From the NCBI RefSeq assembly GCF_036321535.1, contig NC_087437.1, positions 97,776,001 through 97,840,000 of the forward strand: DNA of 64,000 nt, in the 5' to 3' direction. The position numbers and the translations under genes were made by a program. Source of the DNA: Camelus dromedarius (lineage: Eukaryota). How positions within the stretch are numbered: the first letter of the stretch is position 1; each line of letters begins with the position of its first letter. Of the stretch, positions 24,501 through 36,658 are shown piece after piece. The notes under the pieces are model-generated. The model did not search any database and was not told the DNA's origin. It was given only the letters and a program-made list of their open reading frames with translations.

Positions 24501-24925
24501 TGTCAGGCGAGGGAGGCTGACATGGGGTTCTAGGAGGTGAGTGGCCCAAACAAAAAAATGCACGAGGAGTTGCCATACCGCCGGACAGACTTCAGCCGGA
24601 GACACCATGGGGTTAACAACACTTTATTGCCACAGGGAGGTGTGCACCTATAAAGCACATGTCCTGCTTTTTATCGTTCTCTGCCAGCACATGCACAATC
24701 TGAGTTTCTTTGTTCATTAGGCTTACAGAATATCTCTAGCACATGTGTACTTCTATTTTCTTCGTTCTAAATCTTATATAATTGATGCATGTGTATAGCA
24801 ATTATTTACTGCATACTACAAACATGCTCTGGTCGCGGCCTTGGGTCCCACGGCCTTAACTCATCTCAAGGCCAGCTCACAGCGTCCAACAGTTGGGGAC
24901 CATTTGGATCAAATAGGCCACAACA
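24501..24925 (-). mobile_element. 5' LTR of the ERV-S-like provirus (outer boundary 24925 or 24891)
   Basis: Minus strand starts TGTTG and ends CCTGACA before the PBS; AATAAA at 24628-24623; TATA-like at ~24781-24773. Confidence 0.7.
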
Positions 24926-25999
24926 TCTTCCCCTCAAGCTTTATTGATAAAAATTGGAGCTGTGGCCTCCACATACCACTCCTTTGTCTTCTTACATCTT
25001 CGGAATTCAGGCAGAGATGTAGGGGGATGTTTTCTCATTCCTCTCTAAAGTATTCCTGCCAAACCCAACTTTCAGAATTTTAATGCAATCAGATTGGTTT
25101 TATTTGCTTTAAAATACCAGTGAGATGGAAAGGAAAGAACTTTTTTTTTTTGGTCATGTTCTATTAACCAACGCAAATAACTTTCCATATGCTCACTGAA
25201 CAATTTAAATGCATTTCTGCAAGTCAACCTGCCTTTAATCTTTTTGCAATATATCTGTTAACTGGGAAGTTTAGATCTACATGGCACCTCTCCCTCCTTC
25301 TGGTTAGAGAGTGAGTAAAATTACAGAGCTTTAATCGTGAGAGTTGATCTATATAATTTTTACTGTTCATTTAATTTTAATCATAAAAAATCCAATTTAA
25401 TCATATGCTATATCCATAAACAGATATGTTTAAAATCTGGTCTTTAAAAAGTCTTGGGAAATAACTTTCATTAAAATTATTCAAACAGTTTTCATCTTCT
25501 GCTTATTTTTGTCTTTTGGTTTCCTATCTGAGCTGGCCATCAGTGTAACTCTCTCTTGGATGTCCTCAGTCATACCTAAACTCCAGCTACCACAAAGCCA
25601 CATAACCCAGAAAGTTTCAAACCCAGTTTAATCCTCTTGGGTCAAGTAAGATTATGAAAGCACTGTTTACCTCACTCCACACCTTTCATTTCTTTCCGTT
25701 TCATTCAGGGAGATGAAATAGTTTCTTCCCATCTTCTTTCTAAATCCACCCTGTGTACTCAGTGACTGTCATGCAGACCCCACCCTGACATTTTCAGGCT
25801 TTCTAACTCCAAACATCTGAGAGTCCTTAGTCCCCCCAGTATTCCCTGAAACTATTAAAGAAGAATCTAGGTATAAGAAAGTATAGAATATAAGGTATCT
25901 TATCTGGAATCTATAGATGTTTTGTGGTTAAATCAGAGATTGGAATTCCTCAGTAGGCTGGACTATTTTGGGGTTCCATCCAAAGGGACAGCTGTGTAC

Positions 26000-26880
26000 T
26001 GACAAGACGCCCCCTCCTCTGGCCTTGTCAATGGGAGTAGCTGAGGGGCTCCCTATCTCTGTGATGTTCTGGCGAGAGCCTCATCACTCTGTCTCCCCCT
26101 GCCTTCAGCCCTGGTACTCACAGTATCTTCATCACTATTTCCCTTGATCCCATCTAGATCAATCTTATCATAGTATTCTTCTGGATTTACCTCAGTTGCT
26201 ACAAAAAGCACATCAGGTCATCCCACCCTCCCCCAGGCCATAGGGACCATAAGGTATATGAACATCTCTCCTCTTATCCATGTTTCACCCCCTCCCCCCC
26301 CAATTCCTGGACCCTCCTGCTGTGCTTGTAGAACTCATAGTCATTCAACAGAAAAATCCCCTGTACCCTTAACTGGTTCCCTTACCTACCTGCTCTGACT
26401 GAAACTAGATTCTCCCCTGAGGACTCTGGCTCCCTTGAGCCCTCTCAAGTGGAGGCACCCGCCTCACACTGCTCAGCCTGGAGGAGGAGTTGTCTCATTG
26501 CTCAGCATTGCCACTTCAAGAGCATTCTCCTTACTTCTCTCAGTTGCAGTATGTCACCAGCCATGCCTCCTCACGGCATCACTTACAGCGCTCTCTCTCA
26601 CTTCTTGAACTTCCCTCTTGGCTCACTGTCAGTCTCTTGAGTGCTGTTCCTGACAAAATTCGTGGTTTTGACCTACACCTAGCTGATCTTTCCAAAGCCC
26701 TGGTCCCTTAGTTTCCTGAACTCTTCTCTAAGGAGCCCCACACCTGTCCTACTTCATACACTCACTCCTGTGATCATATCTTGGATCTTGACTCATTACC
26801 AAAAAATGTAACTACTCCATATTTCAAGTTCAAGAATTCTGCTCTTCACAGATCAACTCTTGTCTTTCCATTAACAGCTA
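26000..26880 (+). mobile_element. L2 LINE fragment (ORF2 endonuclease region, degraded)
   Basis: Translations ALTETRFSPED (26392-26424) and HSCDHILDL (26763-26789) resemble the L2 APE motifs ALTETWLSPED and THSHGHTLDL. Confidence 0.65.
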
Positions 26881-27300
26881 GTTCAGAACAAGATAGAGAT
26901 TAGATCTCATATGATCACATTTTAAACCCTGAACCAATGCAGACTAGAGAAACTCACAATTCAAAATATTATGTTTACTCTATTGTTAAGTATTTGAAAA
27001 GTTTTTCACTATCATAGATAATACTGTGTTAGGCATCTCTGACTTTATTTAATGATGTACCTTTTCAGGAGTTAACAGATCAGAAGGATAAGCTCTTTTA
27101 GTGCTTCTGCTACATTAGTTGAAAGTGGCTAGCTTTGCTCGGAGGAGTTATGATGAAGACAGAGAGATACAAGAGACTTTATTTTTTTCCTTTATATTCC
27201 TATGTTGAGTTTTAAAATAAGAGCCAACATTTATGAATCTGTTATGAAACTAAAATCTTTTAGTTTTAAACATAGCAAATAATATTAACCAGTGATTCAC

Positions 27301-27350
27301 AAAAAAAAAAAAGAAAAAAAAAAAGAAAAAGAAAAGAAAAGAAAAGAAAA
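27301..27350. repeat. poly-A / (GAAAA)n tract
   Basis: Seen directly. Confidence 0.9.
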
Positions 27351-30300
27351 GCAAATTGCCAATGAATGTATGAAAAGGAAAAAAAGAAAGCTCCCAAGAT
27401 GAACTCTGAGGCTGGCATGAATATTCTCTTATTCTTTGTAACCAACTTAATTATTCTGCCTTGATACTCCTAGGATTTTTCTCTTTACCATCCTGGTTTT
27501 TTTTTTTTTTTTTAAATTTTAAGGTATATTCAAAGTGTTAATTTCATTTACAGGATGTTTAAAGGTGTGAATTTATTCTCATTGATTTTACCTGGAATAT
27601 TCCTCACTCTTCTTCCAATCTGGCTTTTTTTGCATTTATGGAGACATAAAGTCCTCTTTTCCCCACTCATCTCCTTTTTATCATGCCTTATTCACCTTCA
27701 AGCCAACCTGCTCTTTCTTTGCAGTCTTCTGCCATGTTTACTGAAAGTGGAAACACCTTGTGTCCTGAAGAGATTAACATACTCATCATTACATTTCTTA
27801 AAGTAAATAATTTTTGGAGTCTCCACTTTCTATGAAATTCCATGGAAGACTTCTTTTTTGTTGCTTTATCGTATACTTTAATTTCCCTCTTTTAAAAATG
27901 TCCTCATTCCTAAGTAAAGGAAACTCTCCTGAGGCACAATGATTACCAAATTACATGGACTGAGGAATGAGTTCATGTCCATTGGGAGCCAACTTGGGTG
28001 CAAGGCCCATCCTTTCATTGAGACTTTATCCAGAACTCTGTTTCAGGAGCGCGTGCCAAGTTCATAAGCTCTTTCATTACTTAGAAGGCTTTCTCTATTG
28101 CGTCCTGCAGGAAGGAGATGAGCCTCTTCTACCTTCACCACCTGGGTTTTTAACATTCTGAACGAATAGTGCACACGGACCTGTAGAATTCTCAGTGTGC
28201 TCCATGACTGGAAGTCTTCCTGACCCCACCTTTATTCCAGTGCTTTACTTGTGTGTCTTACATCTTGCAGAAGACAGTAAGCTGCCACCACCAGTCTTGT
28301 TTGGAGGCAGCCCTTGCCTCTGCCCCAGTGGTATTATAGAAATGTTGGCTTCTAATTAGATGTAGAAAAAGTTGAGTTGGGAAGTAGATGGTGACAAAGT
28401 AGCATCTAGGAAGAAGAAGAATGGCTGTTAATTTCTTTATTTGATAAAAATCTTTGAGTTCTGAAACAGGAAGAAGTGTCAGAGGATGGAGAGACAACAG
28501 AGAGCAGTTTCCCACCACTGAGCTAACGGGCTTTTCACTTCTGTCACCCGGAAAGTCTGCAGAAAATGTTCCCAGATTCAGTTAAGTTCACTACCATGCC
28601 TTTTGCGAGTTTTTATTTTCTTCTGTTTTTAGAATCGGTTATCTGAGACAGAAGCTGAGTGAGGCAAATTAATTACGGCCATTTTCTCAAAAGACAAGAA
28701 ATCATTAACTAGATGCTATTTATTCATTAGATGTAAAAAGGAAAACAAAGCAAGCAGGTGGGGAAAAATACTGCATAGAAGATTGATTTTGTTTTCAAAT
28801 GATCCTGAAAGAAAATTTAAACTGCTGATACTTTCTGTCTTTTGCTTTATCTTTTATTAAGAAAAGCATTTAAATACATGCTAGGGGTCCAGTCAATTTA
28901 AACAGAAAGAGTAAACATCTTACAAAAATCACATTAGCCCTGATAACTTCTCTTAATGGCAGTCATATCATGAAAGCAAGTTCGTATGTTCCTTCACCAT
29001 AGCTTCTGAGGGAGACATATAGCACCTCTGAATCAAGTGGACTGGTTACTGATTCTTCTTACCATTCATCTGAGAGATCTTTGTTTGCTAATACTGAATG
29101 CTGAAGTCAGGGAGCAATGAAAAATTACTTTATTGCAGGAACATGGACATTTAAATTGATTTATATCATTACTTAGGACATTTTCAGAAATTACCATATG
29201 CTAGTTGTCCTAAATTCCCTAGGTAATAGATCCTTTAACATTTCTTCAAGAATTTGAATATCCGAAATCTATATCCAATCCAAATCAAATATAGAAACAT
29301 GCACCAATAAAACTTTGTACTATTTCTATTCTTAGCTTATTCATACACAAAATGGGAAACAATGACCCTTTCCACAAATTAAAGACAAAGTGCCTAAGAG
29401 TCTCCCAGACATCTTATAAATGTTTAGTATGTATTATTTTCCCTCTGGACAGCAAAAAACAAAAACGAAAACAAAACAAAACTAATATGACACATTTAAT
29501 TTAAGAATTCTGTTTGTAATCATGAGAGGGTGCATGGAAATTGACTGATGTTTCCTCAGTTCTTAAAAGCAAAAGCAAAGTTCTGTTGCACAACAATGAG
29601 AAAACACTAAACACAGCAGTACAGTTTAATAGCTTTTAATATTAATACAAGGATACACTATAACAATGTTCAGTTTTCCTTATTTCTAAACCTGCGTTTA
29701 TCCACTGAGACAGTTAATTGATGTAATTCTCCAAAGCAAGTTATCTGTGCAAGGATGAATTTTAATATTTTTTTACCCTAAAAAATATAATGAGGAGAAA
29801 GGAAATATATTTCATTTCCTCAAATTGTTTACCCATTATCTAAGTAGTGTAGTCAGATTTGTAAGGAATGAATTGTTACAATGTGACACAGCAGGAACAG
29901 TATACTTAAGTTCTTTCCAGCATAATCTAAGGCAACTATCTGGCTATCCCAGAGTGCAGTGGTGATGCAGGGACATGAATGGATCATTCAAGGGTTAACC
30001 GATCACCTTACTTTATTCTGCAGTTTTCTCTATGCAAATAAAATACTAGTGTTTTGATTCATCATCTCCTTTGTTATCATGGATATAACAGTATCTAAAA
30101 TCACTCACAAAATTCATTCTTGCAATGACAAATGAAAAAGAGAAAAATTACATCTTACATGTGTCTAAGAGTTGTAATACTATAATCATACAGCTTTCTG
30201 AGAAGAGAGATGGCAATCATGAAAATAGAATCATTATACAGAATCATTGATCCTCCCAGCAGATGTCAAAGGAAGGTTACGGAAATCATTCTGGTCCTAA

Positions 30301-31473
30301 AACAAAGGGCCAACAAAAAGCTATTTGAGTGTAAGACTCCCTCCTAATCTAGAGTTCCAACCACTGGCACTTCCTTGAGAGTTTTGTAATTAACCTTAAA
30401 GACAGGGTTTAATTAATCCAGTTAATAATAATTAATCCATTGGATATTTTTTTTGATCTGAATTATCAAATCCAGTAGAGCATAACAAGTAGTCAACTAT
30501 ATATTAAGCAAAATCACACATCACTCTGACACTCTTAACTCAAGAAGTCTTAGACATTGAGCTTCTAGTAAAAGGTCCAGGGTCAAGGGCACTCAGAATA
30601 TCCTAAGACAGATCAATAAGTCTCGACCCTTTGCTCCTCTCTCACTATTCTCTTTGTCAAAAATATCTTCTGTGATCTTTGTGAATCTGTGAATTATACC
30701 TGAGTTCCTATTTCATCTCTGAGCTCACTCCTGAATATTGATCTCTTGTTCAGAAGCACCTATAATGTGCCTTCACTGCAGATACTTGACATCGTTGATT
30801 ATTTTGGCGACCAGGGGGAGAAAAGTCAAGGTTATTGCTCTGCCCCAAGAAATAAGGGGTTGTCGCTTGGTTCCCTCTCAGCAGGGAACCCTCCTGAGTT
30901 GTTATCAAAGGACAAGGTACAACGTGACAATGGACAGCTTTTATTCAAAAGGTATTTATAATCACACAAGTGTCTGTATAAGTATTTGGTTGAGATCTGA
31001 TCACTGAGAATAAAACATATTATTTTGGTCCACAAAATTTTACAGATGGGTAGTAAAAGCCAGTCGCTAGCATCATTGAAGAAAACAAAACCAACAAGAA
31101 CCTCAGTATGTTTCCTTTAAACCTTCTCGTTTTTACTATTTCTTCTGTTACACAAAATAAGATGAATTACTCTGAAATGGGGCCAAGTGAATCGCCCTGC
31201 TGGAAGATATCTTTATTTGATATTGTTTATTGACAGACCATTTATTTTCAGAATAGCTATGATTTTTTGCAAAATACGTGGAAAAATACTTCATATCTTC
31301 CTAATTATTCCTCAATAACTTAAATAAATTATGAAGTTAAGCTGTTATAAAAATTGTGCTGGACACTGGATTAGTCTATTGCAAGTGAAATGTTTAAAAC
31401 TACGTTGATCTGAACAGCTAATACGCCTGAGTTCTTTTAACAAGGTTTTGTTTAGAAAATTACCTTGAGAGAT

Positions 31474-31485
31474 CACTAGAGGGCA
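31474..31485 (+). promoter_or_regulatory. Candidate CTCF core site
   Basis: cactagagggca matches most of the CTCF core; motif only. Confidence 0.35.
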
Positions 31486-31768
31486 ATAGTTAGCAGGAAA
31501 TTGGAAACAAAACATGTCAGAACTGCATAGAAAAGAATAGGATGGTGTAGCAGGGAGCAGAGAGAAACTGAGAAAAAGGCAAAGAGATTCAAGAGAAAAG
31601 ACAACTGATCACAAACAACAGTATGAGACTAGACCCTTTGTTGGTTGGAAAATGCCCTAAGATAGTGTTTAATATTTAATTTCAAATCATTTACTTCGCA
31701 GCAAAATCAGCCTACATCTGTCCGGAATATCAGTAAAGTCCGCTATGCCAGCAAAAGACTGCTGTACA

Positions 31769-31827
31769 GTGTGTGTGTGTGCATGTGTGCGTGTGTGTGC
31801 GTGTGAGTGTTGTGTGTGTGTGTGTGT
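31769..31827. repeat. Imperfect (TG)n microsatellite
   Basis: Seen directly. Confidence 0.9.
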
Positions 31828-32317
31828 TGAAAATAAGGAAAACTCTGAGTTCACTGTTTGAGTTAATAAGGTGTGGAGCAGTGACAGTACATTATTTGTA
31901 CTAATTTAGTGGAAGCAGGAGTTTGAAGATAAAGATGACTATGTCTATGACTATGCTGGGCATTCCCAGAAATCTTGGGGAGCCCCTTGAGTATTTCATA
32001 AGACATGGATTTGGAATTTGAATCACTCTTACAATCTTAAGTAGCAGGAAGAGTTTAGTTATCACAGAAGATTTTAGATTAATACACACACATAAATACA
32101 CAGACATGTACACACACCACAATTATCAAGAAAAAGACTAGAATAGGGCTTTTAAGGGTTATTGGCTCTCAGTGGCCAATAAAACCATCTCAGCAGCATT
32201 AGTAGATTCTCCTAATTACTAGAAATGTATCTCTCTATCATCTCTATCTTTGACCCTGTCTGCATTGATCTGCTAAAAATAATCATGGATAGATGTATTA
32301 TATATATATATATGTAT

Positions 32318-32460
32318 CAGGGGGGTAAACTATGAGCCACTAGCCACATTCAACCTGCAGCTTATTTGTTAAATACACATTTATTGTAATAAAGCAGCCA
32401 CACCATTGTGCATGGCTGCTTTCACACTGGCAGAGTTGGGTAGTTATGTCAGAGACCTTA
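32318..32460. mobile_element. MER58-like hAT MITE fragment
   Basis: cagggg...aaactatgagcc...atggctgctttcacact-ggcagagttgggtagttatgtcagagacc is typical MER58 text; the other end is missing. Confidence 0.6.
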
Positions 32461-32499
32461 GGGACCTCAGGATTTGTGGTTCTCCCAGTTTAGCAACCC

Positions 32500-32745
32500 T
32501 GATTAGCAACAGAGGAGTTCTTCCACCAGAGGACCCAGTGGTATGGTTCCATTAACCTGGTAGCTGAGCCTGTCACCTGGCCACTTGGAGCTCCTCATGC
32601 CAATAAATCAATAGACAAAGAAGGAGGTGAATTCCTGCCTGAGTGATTAATTCCAAGTAACTAGAGGAAATGGGTTGCTACTACATAAGGGGCATAAAGG
32701 AAATTATATCTGGAATTCAGGTGTTGCTCTGGTATCTCAGTGTTC
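32500..32745 (+). pseudogene. ERV-L dUTPase fragment (degenerate)
   Basis: Pieces VPLTW*LSLSPGHLELLMPINQ and EMGLLLHKGHKGNYIWNSG resemble recalled HERV-L/MuERV-L dUTPase IPLNWKLRLPPGHFGLL...GEIGLLLHNGGKEEYVWNTG. Confidence 0.72.
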
Positions 32746-33384
32746 CCAAATTGATTGTTATTTAAAACGTCCAGCAGATGGTGCTCAAGCAATATATATC
32801 ATTGACTTGGGGGGCTCCTATTGGCTGATGGTTTATTTGCTCCTGGCCAGCCATCCTCACCTTAGAAAGGTAAACGCTGAATTTGTAACTGTTAATGATA
32901 GCTCTGGACTGCCCACTGCTTCTATATAGGAGCTCAATATAATTGCATGTTTTCAATTTTGGTGTAGAAAGAATAAAATTCAAACCACTATCTTACAGCT
33001 TTTATAGAACTTTACTGATGATAGTTTTCATGGAATCATAAAATACCCTTGAAATTAAATCAGAAAGTTGTTAAGGGCAATACTTTATAGTCATATGTCA
33101 TACTTTTAATTGAAAGTCCTATTTGAAAGGTGTGCTCAATTTTTAATCCATACTATGCACACTGATTTGTTCTCAGGTTAGCCTTTAATGCTGTACAAGA
33201 ACACTTACTAAGCTTTATTTGATTTTTTATAGGAATCCCTCATCAGCTGAAACAGTCAACATATTGTAAAGGATTTCAACTGAAATTTACAAATTGATAA
33301 GATAGTCAAAAAACAATTGCTAAGCAAAGTTGAAGAAAGTTAAACTATATAAGGGATTTAATTATTTTCGGAGAAAATAGTTGA

Positions 33385-33600
33385 AAACACAGGCTCTGGA
33401 GAACAACCTGTGTTCAAACACTCACTTTGTATAATTTGGAACAAGGTTTTTAGACTTTCTGTGCTTCTGTTTCCTCAGCTATAAAATAAGGATCATTTTA
33501 ATTTCTTCCTCATAGGTTTACTCTGAACTAACATGAGTATGAAGGAAACACTTACAAACATGCCTGGCATGTGGGAAGTACTAAATAAATGCTAATAATA
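33385..33600 (+). mobile_element. MIR remnant
   Basis: caggctctggag...ctgtgcttctgtttcctcagctataaaataaggat...tgcctggcatgtgggaagtactaaataaatg. Confidence 0.7.
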
Positions 33601-33946
33601 TTAATTATCATTATTTATTTAACACATTTAAATTTTGTGAACACATGCCTAAATTATTGAAATTTTACTGTGTAATTTGATCCATTCATTTAAGGTAAGT
33701 TTGTCCTTTTTTCTTATTTAAATGTTTCATGCAAATCAACTTTCTTTATAAAATGCCAAGTTATTATCTTCCATTTAAATAGCATGACACTCAGGATATA
33801 TGTAATTAAATTTAAATGGATTTCAATTAAATCAGGATTTAATTCATTAGTCAGAATTAATTTTCTCATTTTTTTTTTCATGAATGACACATTCTGGTTC
33901 ACTATACCAATATTTATACTCTCGACAATTAAAATACAGCTGCAAG

Positions 33947-34589
33947 TTTTTTTTTTTTAACATTTTTTATTGATTTATAATCATTTTACAATGTTGTGTC
34001 AAATTCCAGTGTTCAGCACAATTTTTCAGTTATTCATGGACATATACACACTGTCACATTTTTTTCTCTGTGAGTTATCATAACATTTTGTGTATATTTC
34101 CCTGTGCTATACAGTGTAGTCTATTCTACAGTTTTGAAATCCCAGTCTATCCCTTCCCACCCTCCACCCCCCTGGTAACCACAAGTCTGTATTCTCTGTC
34201 TGTGAGTCTATTTCTGTCCTTTATTTATGCTTTGTTTTTGTTTGTTTGTTTGTTTTTGTTTTTGTTTTTTAGATTCTTCTTCCTTTTGTGGTTTGGTAAT
34301 TTTCCTTTGTATTATCATGGATTTTATTTAATTTTTGTGACTCTTTTGTAAATTTTTGGCTTGTGGTTACCCTTTTTTGTAAATCTATCAACCCATTACT
34401 ATAATTGTTTTTATTAAACTGATAGTAACATGATCTCAAACCCATCCTACTGTTAAAAAAATTTAAAAAAGAAAGAAAAAAATATTCTATATTTCCCTGC
34501 CTCCCTCTCCCACTCTCAGTGATTTGTATGTCTTCTTTTATAATTTCATGTTTACTTTATTTGTAATTCATGAGTTATCACCTTTCCAG
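33947..34589 (-). mobile_element. L1 insertion with long TSD; 3' UTR joined directly to an ORF1-ORF2-spacer-like segment
   Basis: TSD TTAAAATACAGCTGCAAG at 33929-33946 and 34590-34607; poly-T at left; TTTT/AA endonuclease-type site at right; internal junction at ~34276. Confidence 0.8.
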
Positions 34590-35986
34590 TTAAAATACAG
34601 CTGCAAGTTTTAAACCTAACTGTAATAAATATTTTAGGATGCACATCCTCTATATTTTAAATAAAGTATCAAATTTAATATATTTTAGTAATTCTGTAGA
34701 TACAGTCAGACACAGGTTTTGTTCTAGTTTATTTAAGCCAAGCTGACTGACTTCAGTGCGAACACTTGCCTGAAGGCTCCTCCCTCCGCAAGTTTCATTT
34801 ATGGAGACCGCTGCACGTGCTTACACTAGCAACTATCCATCAAGCCTTACCAGTTTGACTTTGATTATATTGAAAAGATATCAGTACCTCTGAAGTTAAT
34901 ATATACATTTAACGAAATCCCACCCATTCAACAAAATAATTCCAAAATTTTCTGACAAAATTAAATTTGCAAATAATATTGTGAAACAAAGCAATGAAAT
35001 CTGAGTTGAGTGAGCAACGTATAGCCTACTAGGAAATGAAATGTGCTTGGATGTAGTAATCACTAAAGTATGATTGTGTTGGCATGAAAATATATCAGCA
35101 GAGAAAAAAAAGAAAGTTCAGAAGCAGATATAATTGTATATGACAGTATAAATATAAGAAAGTACATATTACTAAATATTGGCCAAAGGGATAATATTTA
35201 ATAAGCAGTATTATGATAAATTAACAATTTAGGAAAATTAGAACATGAATATTAACATATTAAGAAATAAATTTCAGTTAGACTAACGGGTTAATTAAAA
35301 AAAATCAATCAATTGGTTTTAAGAAAACCAATCTCCAAAATTCTGCAAGATTTTTAGTATTATTTACATAGCATAACTAGGAAAGTTTATCTTAAAGAGG
35401 TTAAGTTATCTACATAAGGTCACTGTGTTAATTAGTAAAAGAGTAAGTAATCAAAGGCAAAGATATTAAATACAAAGTCTATAATTTTCCATTACAATTC
35501 TATATTACGTGCTTAGAATAGTGCCTGGCATATTTTGAAATAAATTAGTTTATGATTGTTAGTGGTGTTTACATCATTACAATCTTACAATCATTATTAT
35601 TCATAGAGCTAGAGGAGAGTGGCAGAATTGGTGAAACAAATAGGTCAATTTAGAAATAATTATGGCCCTGGAAACAATGTAAGTTAGTAGTATAATTTTA
35701 CATAATGGTGCTAAAAGTTAACAAGAGTCATTAAAATCTTTAAACTTCCTAAACTAACATTCTTTCCTTAGTTTCAAGGAAGTAACAAAAAGAAGTGGAT
35801 AAAAATACTTTCTGCTCGAAGTGGTTTATGACGAGGTCCTGCATAACAGTAAAAAATTGAAAATAATCTAAAATTTGAAGAATCGACATTACTTCATTGA
35901 CTAAATTTGCTGCATGAGCACAGTAGAATATTAGGTAGCTGTTTTTAAATGATAGTTATGTAGACAGTGTAGCAAAAGGAAACCAT

Positions 35987-36658
35987 TGTAGTGCTCGCCG
36001 ATAGACCCCTGAATTAGGAGGCCCCCCAAAGTGTGGGTCCTTGCCTGCTGGCTGGGAAGAATTCACAGCTAAAGCAGAGGGACAATTCACAGCTGAGGCA
36101 GAGGGACAGAGCGAAAACTGCTTTTATTTCTCAAAAGAGGGAAAGGAAGGAAAGTGATCTCGCAGGGAGAAGGAAAGGAAGCCCTCAAGGTGGAGAGTTG
36201 CCTGCAGAAACAGCTCCGGCCTGGTCTGGCCACATGGACTCCTGGTAGGCTCCTGCCATCTTGTCTTCCTTCTGGGTGTGCTGGAGCCAATCAGGCAATT
36301 GTTGGACAATTGTTGGGGCTTTTCAGTCCTTGTATGGGCTTTTCCGGTTGTCATGGCAACTGGCAACTGTCATGGCCCTGGTGGGTGTGTCACTTAGCAT
36401 GATAATACATTACAATGCAGGTATAATGAGGCTCAAGGTCCACTGGATATCAAATCCTCCACTATCTTGGACTCTGTGGGTTCTAACCAGTTCTTGTTTC
36501 TTCTCTGCAGCTGCCTCCTGACACTTAGATAAGAGTAATTGGTTTCTATTTGAGGGAGGGAGGTTTCTATTTGGGGCAACAGCCTTGGTAACAAAAAGGA
36601 AAGTTACTTTTAATAAGAAATCTGCAATCTGGTGGCCCCAGCATCCCCCCGCAAAACA
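35987..36658 (-). mobile_element. ERV1-type solo LTR, 672 bp, with perfect 4-bp TSD CCAT
   Basis: CCAT|TG (35983-35988) and CA|CCAT (36657-36662); internal 24-bp tandem duplication at ~36060-36107. Confidence 0.82.

Noticed and set aside
21975..24533. Multiple plus-strand ORFs over the provirus (e.g. 192 aa at 22685-23263)
   Set aside because: Antisense shadows of gag/pro/pol with no recognisable domains.
24499..24576. ATG at 24576 as gag start, and TGGCAACTCC... as a PBS
   Set aside because: This ATG lies inside U5, upstream of the true 18-nt Ser PBS at 24498-24481; the TGGCAAC stretch matches no tRNA 3' end I know.
26880..27390. Possible processed retrocopy ending in the poly-A/GAAAA tract
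   Set aside because: No TSD, ORF or recognisable parent sequence; treated as a simple repeat.
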